DNA of 64,000 nt from assembly GCA_049606035.1 (NCBI GenBank), contig JBMYVD010000001.1, positions 34,244 to 98,243 on the forward strand, read 5' to 3'. This DNA is from Candidatus Poseidoniaceae archaeon (GTDB taxonomy: Archaea; Thermoplasmatota; Poseidoniia; Poseidoniales; Poseidoniaceae). Below are positions 45,911 through 54,054 of the stretch, piece after piece; position 1 is the first letter of the stretch, and the number at the start of each line of letters is the position of its first letter. Below the pieces are notes generated by a model that searched no databases, had not been told where the DNA came from, and was given only the letters and a program-made list of their open reading frames with translations. Position numbers and translations under genes: made by a program.

Positions 45911-45927
45911 TTTTTAAATCCTTTGCC
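45911..45927 (-). promoter_or_regulatory. Putative BRE/TATA box for tRNA-Lys and the RNAP cluster
   Basis: Minus strand reads GGCAAAGGA-TTTAAAAA about 40 nt upstream of the tRNA 5' end. Confidence 0.5.
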
Positions 45928-46122
45928 ACCAATTTTAGCCATAGAAAGGACTACAGGGATGTATCTAAAGGATGATCCCTTCTAATGAGTCTTTTTGACT
46001 TTTAAACATAAAGCCTTCGGCACAAAATTTGTGAAAACGAGCAATAGCGTTGCCGATTAATCAAACACGCAATACACCTCATACAACAAGAAGCATAAAT
46101 CATGCTCTGTTAGAGGTCTGTA

Positions 46123-47484
46123 ATGGCATCTGGAGGACATGGAATTTTCACCCCCGAAGATGCACACTCTGAGGTCGATCGGCAGAAGAGGCCATCTCTG
46201 ACCATGGAATGGTTTCCAAATTCAAAGCAGTGTATTGAACTGACCATCCCTCCTACCGTTTATCCTCCCAGAGAAGACACTGACTTATTGGCCAACAGGC
46301 TAATACAACTAGGGCCTGGAAAAGGAAGAAAATTCCTAGAGATTGGTTGTGGCTCGGGCGCCCTAAGCATTCTCGCATCATCACTAGGATGGAATGTTCA
46401 TGCTTGCGACATAAATCCGTTTGCTGTAGCTGCAACTAGAGGAAATATGGCAAAAAATTTGCAAGACGGCACCATCAAGGAAGGAGGAGTTGGCCCCGAT
46501 GGTTTTCCGTTTGAGGACAAGTTCGATTTGATCCTCTGGAATCTACCCTACATCCCTGCCGATGAGGTGAATGAATTACTTGGCCCAATGGAAGAAGCCG
46601 GACTTATTGACACAGATACACAGGGATTACAAAGTAGGTTCATATCATTAGTTGAGAAAAATAATCTTCTTACAACAAGTGGGAAGATGCTACTTTTAGG
46701 GAGGACTGGAAGTATTGGAGCGTCTGAGAATTTTGCAGTAAGAGATTGGGACACATTAGAGTTTGATGATGGTGAATCATTGACGGTTTTTTGCTTGTGG
46801 AAACCTTGGGAGAACGCCGAAAATGTATTTGTTCAAAGCACTGGTTCAACCAACGATGATCTATTTCACAAATCTGGAATTGGGACCCACATTTCAACTG
46901 CCTTACAAACATCCGGTAGAGGACGAAGAGATAGAAAATGGAATTCTATAGAAGAGTGTTACGCAGGTTCGTGGATTGTAGCAGAAGACACAGAAGTTAA
47001 CCCTGGCCTGCTACAATTATCAGGTGGTTTGGCAGTAATTAAATCAATACAAAGTGATCGCCTCAAACTCAAATGGCCTAACGACATTTTAATCGATGAG
47101 AGAAAATTATGTGGAGTACTCGTAGAGGGTAAATCTTCTCAAGATTCAACCAAAGTTGTTCTTGGAATTGGAATCAATTTGAAAACTTCTGACAAGACAA
47201 TTGACGGAAAGGAAATTAGCACACTTGACGAAATCGCAACAATGGATTTCCACACAATCGATCGAAAACTAAACTCTGAATTATCATCACTAATAGAGGA
47301 GCGTAATGACATACCACCAGTAAACTTTGAATCAATACTAGCAGAAATATTGAGGCATATGAAGTCACTGGGTAGACCCAGATATTGCGAGGTTGTGTAC
47401 GAGAATTTTGATCTCAATGAAAGAGGTGAACTATTATTGGGACACAATGTCATTGATGACGGAGAAGACGTTACTTGGGTCTAG
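46123..47484 (+). CDS. Fusion of HemK2/MTQ2-like SAM methyltransferase and biotin-protein ligase
   Basis: VYPPREDT, LEIGCGSG, DINP, WNLPY; then STGSTN, QTSGRGR, KWPND, KLCGVL.E, GIGIN. Confidence 0.85.
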   Translation: MASGGHGIFTPEDAHSEVDRQKRPSLTMEWFPNSKQCIELTIPPTVYPPREDTDLLANRLIQLGPGKGRKFLEIGCGSGALSILASSLGWNVHACDINPFAVAATRGNMAKNLQDGTIKEGGVGPDGFPFEDKFDLILWNLPYIPADEVNELLGPMEEAGLIDTDTQGLQSRFISLVEKNNLLTTSGKMLLLGRTGSIGASENFAVRDWDTLEFDDGESLTVFCLWKPWENAENVFVQSTGSTNDDLFHKSGIGTHISTALQTSGRGRRDRKWNSIEECYAGSWIVAEDTEVNPGLLQLSGGLAVIKSIQSDRLKLKWPNDILIDERKLCGVLVEGKSSQDSTKVVLGIGINLKTSDKTIDGKEISTLDEIATMDFHTIDRKLNSELSSLIEERNDIPPVNFESILAEILRHMKSLGRPRYCEVVYENFDLNERGELLLGHNVIDDGEDVTWV

Positions 47485-47963
47485 TCCTCAAGCAGTGCTT
47501 CCACTGCCTCTTCATCAACATCTTTTGTGATTCTCTTCAAAATTCCAAAAGCTAGTACTAATGCGCCAACCGGGTAAAGTCCGTAATCGAATATTATGCC
47601 CCGGCTAACTGAGTAATCAATGCTTGAATCCTCTAGACCCAAAATTTGGAAGGTATGGACACCATCGGATTTTGCTTCGTATTCCCAATTTCCTTTTTGA
47701 TTGTCATCAAAGTCTGAAGAACCATCAGGAAGAATGATTGTTGGCCTTATTTCCCCTTCGATTACATCGAGACTGAAAGTATCACCCGCAGATAAATCAT
47801 ACTTTATCTCGAAAGTTTCGCATTCTTCTTCATCGCAATCAACTGCGATTGGTGTCGACCATGCTTGAAGAACTAACAGGGTTAGTAGTATAGTCGAACC
47901 AATGAGAATCATGACATCCTCACTTTTGACAGGCGGTGCTGCTCCTCCTGCTCCCATGTCCAT
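47481..47963 (-). CDS. Hypothetical membrane protein (two TMs flanking a beta domain)
   Basis: Hydrophobic N- and C-terminal helices around an acidic beta-rich segment. Confidence 0.65.
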   Translation of the reverse strand: MDMGAGGAAPPVKSEDVMILIGSTILLTLLVLQAWSTPIAVDCDEEECETFEIKYDLSAGDTFSLDVIEGEIRPTIILPDGSSDFDDNQKGNWEYEAKSDGVHTFQILGLEDSSIDYSVSRGIIFDYGLYPVGALVLAFGILKRITKDVDEEAVEALLED

Positions 47964-47982
47964 GCGGAGGAGATAGGGCTCT

Positions 47983-48267
47983 TCAACGCTTTCTAGGCTT
48001 GCGAGAGAAATTCATTCTCTCCCGTACAAGTTTAATTTTCCCGCTCGAGGTTACAGTTTTGATTCTACTGTTTATCAGGACCTCCTTAGTTGATTCATAA
48101 TCTTCTAACCGGACCATGAAGATGCACTTACCTTCTTCAAAATCGTATAATTTTAGTGGGTAATTTGACGCATACTCTGAAAGTTCGGAACGTTTCTCAA
48201 AACTTCCGACCTCACAGCCAATCCATCGACGCTTGCCTCTAAGAGCCTTCGTCAATTTCTTGGCCAT
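47983..48267 (-). CDS. rnp2: Ribonuclease P protein Rpp14/Pop5-like
   Basis: LRGKRRWIG.EV and TVTSSGKIK resemble Pop5 (KRRYI.F; ..SGTIK); short, 94 aa. Confidence 0.65.
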   Translation of the reverse strand: MAKKLTKALRGKRRWIGCEVGSFEKRSELSEYASNYPLKLYDFEEGKCIFMVRLEDYESTKEVLINSRIKTVTSSGKIKLVRERMNFSRKPRKR

Positions 48268-48330
48268 ACAACCTCGTCGAGGGCATTTATCTTAACATAA
48301 TGCCAACACTGCCCCTACCGAGGGGACATT

Positions 48331-49653
48331 ATGGAGGAGGATTCTCAACAAGAATTCAAGCAAATTGGAATGCTCCAGCTAATCCGTAATATGCTCTCTC
48401 CAAGGACCTTGCCACACATTATCATGATAGCAATTATATCATCCATTCTGCTATTTTTGGTCAGCACGCAAGAGGTCCTTGTTGCAATGTCTTTCATATC
48501 CTTGTCAATTTCCTATGTCGTAGTATCAATGCTATCTAACAATTCAATGATACAAAGTCTAACCAAATTACCTGAAGAAAAAGGCGATTCACAATGGATT
48601 GTGCGTTTCTTATTCAGTTTTCGAATAACGATAGTACCGATTCTAATTGCTGCAGTAATTGTTGGACTATTATGGAGTTTAACTGGAGGAAATGACAACG
48701 GTTGGATATCTCCTGCTCTGGCTTCCTTGTTTATCGTCTGGTCGATTGCCCAAGCTGCTTCGTTTAGAACAGGAATGGTGGAGTGGTTGGCGAATGGACT
48801 CGGAGATGCGAAACTTCATACTTACCAAGAGAAGATATCAACTGCTTCACAAGTTGTAGTTGTCCAAGTTTTTGCCTTGGTGATATTATGGCTTGGCCAA
48901 ATAATTAGCCAGGCAGAGAAAATGACGCTTCAGGATGCGCTTCTAGGCGGAATCGCTTTCATCATTGTCAGCGTTATTCTCCAAGCTATCACGCTTTGGT
49001 TGACCAGAAGTGAGAGAGAGGCATCAGGGAATGAAAAGGGAATGGCTGCATTTTCATTCAAGTGGATGATAGTAGCACAATTATTCATCACATGGCACGC
49101 ATTTAGCATATACCGCCGTACTGCAATGAGCCCGTCTGACCTATCAACAATTATCGAAGAAGGTCTTCTAATGGCATTCACGGTAATTTTCGCAGTCTGG
49201 TCACTTACAACATACACAGTTAGAGATGGCAAGCGACTGATATCTGAACATGCATCATTACCCTTAGGAATTTCATTTGGATACGCCTATGCAGGTTCTG
49301 TTGCAATGTTGACTGGAACGTTTGATAGTCTAAAGGAAGTCATGATTTTTGGACACGTATTGTCGATTTGTGCAATGATGCTATTGTTGAGACCTACCTT
49401 AAGAACTAGCAGAATGACTTCTGAGATGTTCCTCAAAGCAATAAATGTCGACATTACAATGCCAGAAGAAACTGAAGAGGTTGAGCCCGAACAGGACGAA
49501 GATTCAGAGGATGACAATTCAGAAACAGAAGGAGAAACTGTTGATGAAGAATGGCAAGAAGACGGAGAAATCGATTGGGAGAAAGGCGTTGACATCTCTG
49601 AGGGAACCGACTGGGATGGAAAAGATTCTGAACAGGAAGAAGAATCATACTAG
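48331..49653 (+). CDS. Hypothetical polytopic membrane protein with acidic tail
   Basis: About 10 hydrophobic segments, D/E-rich C-terminus. Confidence 0.75.
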   Translation: MEEDSQQEFKQIGMLQLIRNMLSPRTLPHIIMIAIISSILLFLVSTQEVLVAMSFISLSISYVVVSMLSNNSMIQSLTKLPEEKGDSQWIVRFLFSFRITIVPILIAAVIVGLLWSLTGGNDNGWISPALASLFIVWSIAQAASFRTGMVEWLANGLGDAKLHTYQEKISTASQVVVVQVFALVILWLGQIISQAEKMTLQDALLGGIAFIIVSVILQAITLWLTRSEREASGNEKGMAAFSFKWMIVAQLFITWHAFSIYRRTAMSPSDLSTIIEEGLLMAFTVIFAVWSLTTYTVRDGKRLISEHASLPLGISFGYAYAGSVAMLTGTFDSLKEVMIFGHVLSICAMMLLLRPTLRTSRMTSEMFLKAINVDITMPEETEEVEPEQDEDSEDDNSETEGETVDEEWQEDGEIDWEKGVDISEGTDWDGKDSEQEEESY

Positions 49654-50574
49654 ACTAAGATTGGATTTTTCTTCTAAACCGGAGACTACCGCAACCACTC
49701 TGATTCTGCCTTGTAAGTCATCACTTACACGGGCACCCAAGATGACCTGAGCATCTTCATCAAAGCGTGCAGTGAAAGCGTCTGCGATCAAGCCGACTTG
49801 TCCAACAGTCATGCCCGGTCCCCCTTCAATTTGGAGTAAACATGCCTTAGCTCCGTCCATTGACAAATCTGCAAGTGGGGCACTAAGAGCATCCTCAAGG
49901 AGGCCAATTGCATCATCTGGGTCACCTTGGCCAACCATAAGAGTAGAACCTCCAGAGTGGCCAACAATAGTTTTCAAATCCATCATATCGAGATTAATCA
50001 AACCAAGTCTCATTAAAGTCCTGACCAATCCTTCAACGAATTCTTCAACCCAGGACGCTCCGACCCTCCAATCTGTTCCTCTTTCTCTTGCTTGCCAAGC
50101 CAATCTATCTAGACTCAACCTTACACAAACATCCGAGTTGGATTCCAACCTTGTAAGTCCCTCGTTGCTCACTTTCAATCTTGCTTCTTGTGCCTCGAAA
50201 GGTATTGCTGCGATAGATATCACAATCGCACCTGATAACCGTGCTTGTCTGGCAAATTCCGACGAGGCACCAGTTCCTGTACCACCACCCAAGCCAGTTA
50301 GTAAGACAACTAACTCAACATCATTTAGTAGGGTTCTGGATACCGAAGAGGCTTGCCTCATTCTCTGCTCTCCTAAAGGTGGAAGCGCTGCGCAGCCTGT
50401 TGAATCTAAGTCCTTACCCAAACGAATAACGTGTGATTCAGGATAGTCAAATGAGGACTCATCCGCATCAATTAGTACCAAATCAATACCGTGCCCTGTT
50501 CTTGAATGGGCACGCTTTGCCCATGAGCAACCTAATCCACCGACGCCTGCAATCAGGATTTGGGCGCCATCCAT
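49645..50574 (-). CDS. Divergent FtsZ/tubulin-family protein
   Basis: GVGGLG, GLGGGTGTG signature, LINLD..D, VILGARV, IRVVAVVSG. Confidence 0.85.
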   Translation of the reverse strand: MDGAQILIAGVGGLGCSWAKRAHSRTGHGIDLVLIDADESSFDYPESHVIRLGKDLDSTGCAALPPLGEQRMRQASSVSRTLLNDVELVVLLTGLGGGTGTGASSEFARQARLSGAIVISIAAIPFEAQEARLKVSNEGLTRLESNSDVCVRLSLDRLAWQARERGTDWRVGASWVEEFVEGLVRTLMRLGLINLDMMDLKTIVGHSGGSTLMVGQGDPDDAIGLLEDALSAPLADLSMDGAKACLLQIEGGPGMTVGQVGLIADAFTARFDEDAQVILGARVSDDLQGRIRVVAVVSGLEEKSNLSLV

Positions 50575-50599
50575 GACAGACCCTTACCGAGGAGGTTAT

Positions 50600-50905
50600 T
50601 CAATCTCTGCCCACATATCTCTGATAGCGACGTCTAGCGTCCCTGGCCCAAGCATTGTCAGGCTCAAGTCTCAGAACTTTGTCATAAAGTTCTACAGCTT
50701 TTTCAAAATCAGAAAAATGTCTTCCATACAAGTGTGCTAAATTATTCAGCACAGGTATACACTCATCATCATCTTCTAACATTTCAAGAAGAATTTCTTC
50801 AGATTTTCCTAGATTATTTCTAAGCATTTCTTCTTCTGCTTCTTCTAGTTTGACAAGTTGTTCATTTGAGAGGTCATAGGTGTTCTCAAAAGGGTGGTCT
50901 GACAT
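50600..50905 (-). CDS. Tetratricopeptide repeat protein
   Basis: VLNNLAHLY...AVELYDKVLRLEPDNAWA. Confidence 0.8.
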   Translation of the reverse strand: MSDHPFENTYDLSNEQLVKLEEAEEEMLRNNLGKSEEILLEMLEDDDECIPVLNNLAHLYGRHFSDFEKAVELYDKVLRLEPDNAWARDARRRYQRYVGRD

Positions 50906-51053
50906 AGCCTCACCAAGTGGGGAATCAACATAGGATTTGCCTTTGGATGTTTAGGCAAGAAAACGGGCCAAAATGTTACACTGCTCGGCAACCCTTAGAC
51001 GAAAATGCAGGGAACGATTATAGGCGCAATCCAAGTCCGATTAAACACTGGGG

Positions 51054-51857
51054 TTGGCGATGCTAATGTCGAAGGTTTTCCAACGAAGTCTCCTGCCTAT
51101 GGTGCTTGTAACATTGATGCTCTTACCGGGCATCACTAATGCCTATCCAGACGGCATAGGGGCAGGCGGTCATTCTCACAACGGAGAAACTATCGATGAC
51201 GTCGCCAAAGAAGGTTGCTTATGCCACGGTGACCAACCGAGTAACGATGTCATGGTCCTCCTTGTTGGAGTCCCGTACACATGGGTTGCAAATGCAGAAT
51301 ATGACCTGAGGCTGGAAGTCATCGGCGGCCCAGATACAAACATGGGTGGATTCTCTGCAAGAGTCAGCGCTGGCGAATGGTCTGGCGACGGAGAAGCTTG
51401 GGGAGACGATGCTGCAACAAGGACACACCAATCACCCAACTCTAGAATTTTTGAACTAACATGGACCGCACCAGCCGACAACTCCAGCGGAACAACTGTC
51501 GACTTCTGGATTAGCGGGAATGCGGTTAATGGAGCAGATGGGCCTGCTGGAGATTATTGGAACCAAATTGTGTTCAATCTAATCGAAGCACCTGAGGATG
51601 ACAAGAGAGGAGATAGAACACTAATCGCAGGAAGCGGCACTCCAACAGCACCAGAGAGCAAGGCTGGAGAAATCGACATCTCGACACTCGGCGCTGGTTT
51701 CAGAGCTCACTGGCTTGGATTACTAGGATTCGGCGCCGTTATCGCAGTGATTGTATTCTGTGGACTTCTACTCAGATATGGATTCTCAACATCTTACAAA
51801 GGCCGCAGCAACTTGCTGAGACTGAGATACAAGATTAACAGAAGAGGTGACCAGTGA
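51054..51857 (+). CDS. Exported Reeler/choice-of-anchor-V-like protein with CxCH motif and C-terminal TM
   Basis: Signal peptide, GCLCHG, GGFS, WTAP, GNAVNG...GDYW; first gene of the pet operon; start may be 51060 or 51066. Confidence 0.65.
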   Translation: MAMLMSKVFQRSLLPMVLVTLMLLPGITNAYPDGIGAGGHSHNGETIDDVAKEGCLCHGDQPSNDVMVLLVGVPYTWVANAEYDLRLEVIGGPDTNMGGFSARVSAGEWSGDGEAWGDDAATRTHQSPNSRIFELTWTAPADNSSGTTVDFWISGNAVNGADGPAGDYWNQIVFNLIEAPEDDKRGDRTLIAGSGTPTAPESKAGEIDISTLGAGFRAHWLGLLGFGAVIAVIVFCGLLLRYGFSTSYKGRSNLLRLRYKINRRGDQ

Positions 51858-52309
51858 TGGCTAAAGACACGATCACACAACTTCTTGAGAAGGTTGCTGC
51901 AGGAAAGGTGAGCGTCAAGGATGCTCGCACAGCTCTGGAAGATGCATCATTAACTGAAGAACAGATGGATGCTGCAATTAACCACGGAGTATTCAACCCA
52001 GCAGAACCCGGTACAGTAATTTCAGCATCTTTGGCTCCATCCGGTAAATCCGCTCTTACCATATTCTTCTTTTCTTGGGGAATTTTCTGGGCCCTGTACT
52101 GGTTTGGAACCATGCTATACGGGCTGCTCAACGGCTCTAGTTGGGACCAACAACAACTTTCCTACCACATGGCGATGGGTATTACAACCCTAATTATGAT
52201 GGGAATCATCTATCTGAAATTCGTGTTGCCTGACACAATTATCGTCAAGCACAGCCAAAACAAGTACATCCCTGAACATCAGAAGGATTGGAGAGAATAC
52301 AAGTGGTGA
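51854..52309 (+). CDS. Hypothetical two-TM membrane protein in the Rieske/cyt b operon
   Basis: GTGA overlap with the upstream gene; two TMs. Confidence 0.7.
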   Translation: MMAKDTITQLLEKVAAGKVSVKDARTALEDASLTEEQMDAAINHGVFNPAEPGTVISASLAPSGKSALTIFFFSWGIFWALYWFGTMLYGLLNGSSWDQQQLSYHMAMGITTLIMMGIIYLKFVLPDTIIVKHSQNKYIPEHQKDWREYKW

Positions 52310-52313
52310 TATT

Positions 52314-53162
52314 ATGGACGACAGGAGATTAAGACCAGCACCATCACTAGAAGACTCAGTTTTAGGCTCCCTTGGAGAAGTTTCAGTCAACCGTAGACAA
52401 TTCATGCGCTACGGATTCAACGCTGCTGGTGGTGTACTAGCAGCAACCCTTGGAGCGTTAGGTTTCGCAGCGATTCTTATGCCTCCATCCGGTGGAGGAG
52501 GAGGAGACTCCTCGGTCCTATACTGGGCAAAGGGTCGTGAGGAAGAAGCATGGTATGGAGCAAAGCACCTACAACCAATGATGAAGTCTGATTTTGAAGC
52601 AGAAGCCGCCAACTCGAATGTCGGCATGGCTGGTGCTCAAGGTGTATGGAACGGTCTACCTGTAATCGTCAACTATGTACCTCACGCCGAGAACTCTGGC
52701 AAGCCTGTGGCAGACAACCTACCAAGATTCCAAGAAATGGCAGGTTACGACATCGGTGGCAACTACGTTGGCCATGCTACCGAATTCTTGCTTGGGAACT
52801 CGGAAGTATTCGACCCCAACAACAACCTAGTCATGAGTTTCGCAAGATGCACACACCTGTGTTGTATCCCAGGATGGCAACTTGTAACAAACACTCAGAC
52901 CGATGACAACTGGACACCGGGTGGTGGAGACGATGGTGGGAGCAAGATGTTCTGCATCTGCCACTCCAGCAGATTCGACCCTACTGCAATCGAGGTCAAC
53001 AGAAACGCAAACAGGTCAACTGGTGCTTCTTTCGAATACCTAGGTATTAGAAGAGCTGGTGGCCCTGCTCCTCTTGGACTACCAATCATTCCAATCATTA
53101 TGAACGGAGACACAATCGAAGCGTCTTCTGATTACACGGGCTGGTTGACCTACTGCGACTGA
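52314..53162 (+). CDS. petC: Rieske iron-sulfur protein
   Basis: Tat signal NRRQFM plus TM; CTHLCC and CICHSS boxes; GPAP..L. Confidence 0.92.
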   Translation: MDDRRLRPAPSLEDSVLGSLGEVSVNRRQFMRYGFNAAGGVLAATLGALGFAAILMPPSGGGGGDSSVLYWAKGREEEAWYGAKHLQPMMKSDFEAEAANSNVGMAGAQGVWNGLPVIVNYVPHAENSGKPVADNLPRFQEMAGYDIGGNYVGHATEFLLGNSEVFDPNNNLVMSFARCTHLCCIPGWQLVTNTQTDDNWTPGGGDDGGSKMFCICHSSRFDPTAIEVNRNANRSTGASFEYLGIRRAGGPAPLGLPIIPIIMNGDTIEASSDYTGWLTYCD

Positions 53163-53171
53163 GGTGATTAT

Positions 53172-54038
53172 GTGAGCACAATTTTCTGGGTACTTTGGTT
53201 CTTCATAGCATTCATTATTGTCTTAATTGCGTTTACTTTGCGCAAGGAAAACGAAGAGATTCCTCGTAGAGAAATCCTACGTGCTGTTGAATCCAGCGGC
53301 AAGATGGGATTCGCTGAGCGTGCGTTCTTGTGGGTATTCTCATTCTTGGATACTAGATTTAGGATTCAAGACTACTGGAATATGTCAAAGGGTGCATACT
53401 ACAACATGCACAGGCAGATGCCACTTACACACGCAGAGAAATACAAGCTGCGAATTATTTGGTACTGGTACCCACTCTACTGCTTGGGTGGAATTTCATT
53501 CCTATCATTCATCATTCTAGTACTAACTGGAACCGTTCTCGGAATCTACTATGTCCCTGGTGGAGAGGGTGATCCATCCCCTGCATATGCGAGTATGCAA
53601 TTCATCATGACACAACTTCCGTTCGGATACATTATCCGTGCAGTACACCATTGGGGTACACACTTCATGGTAGCATCGGTATTCTTACACATGTGTAGAG
53701 TATACTTTACTGGTGCATACCGCAACCCACGTGAATTGAACTGGCTGATCGGTGTTGCCTTAATGGCACTAACAATTGTCTTCGGTTACTCTGGATACCT
53801 ACTTCCATGGGATACATTGGCTTACGGAGCTGCTGTTATCGGAATTAACCTAGCAAACGCTACACCATTGATTGGAAAGTACATCGCTACACTACTATTC
53901 TCTGGTTCATCCTTGTCCCACAGAACGGTAACACGAATGTACTTCATTCACGTGTTTATTTTGCCAGTTATCGTTACAACTCTAATCATCATACATTTGT
54001 TCATTGTATGGGTTCAAGGAATAGCGGAGCCGCATTGA
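53172..54038 (+). CDS. petB: Cytochrome b6-type subunit (N-terminal half of cytochrome b)
   Basis: YCLGG, RAVHHW..FLHMCR, RELNW, GYLLPWD, HVFILP..IH; GAGGTGA SD. Confidence 0.93.
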   Translation: MSTIFWVLWFFIAFIIVLIAFTLRKENEEIPRREILRAVESSGKMGFAERAFLWVFSFLDTRFRIQDYWNMSKGAYYNMHRQMPLTHAEKYKLRIIWYWYPLYCLGGISFLSFIILVLTGTVLGIYYVPGGEGDPSPAYASMQFIMTQLPFGYIIRAVHHWGTHFMVASVFLHMCRVYFTGAYRNPRELNWLIGVALMALTIVFGYSGYLLPWDTLAYGAAVIGINLANATPLIGKYIATLLFSGSSLSHRTVTRMYFIHVFILPVIVTTLIIIHLFIVWVQGIAEPH

Positions 54039-54054
54039 TACAGGAGGAATAAGT

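Noticed and set aside
45798..46122. Integrated element at tRNA-Lys
   Set aside because: No integrase, no duplicated tRNA 3' end seen, and the flanks are housekeeping genes
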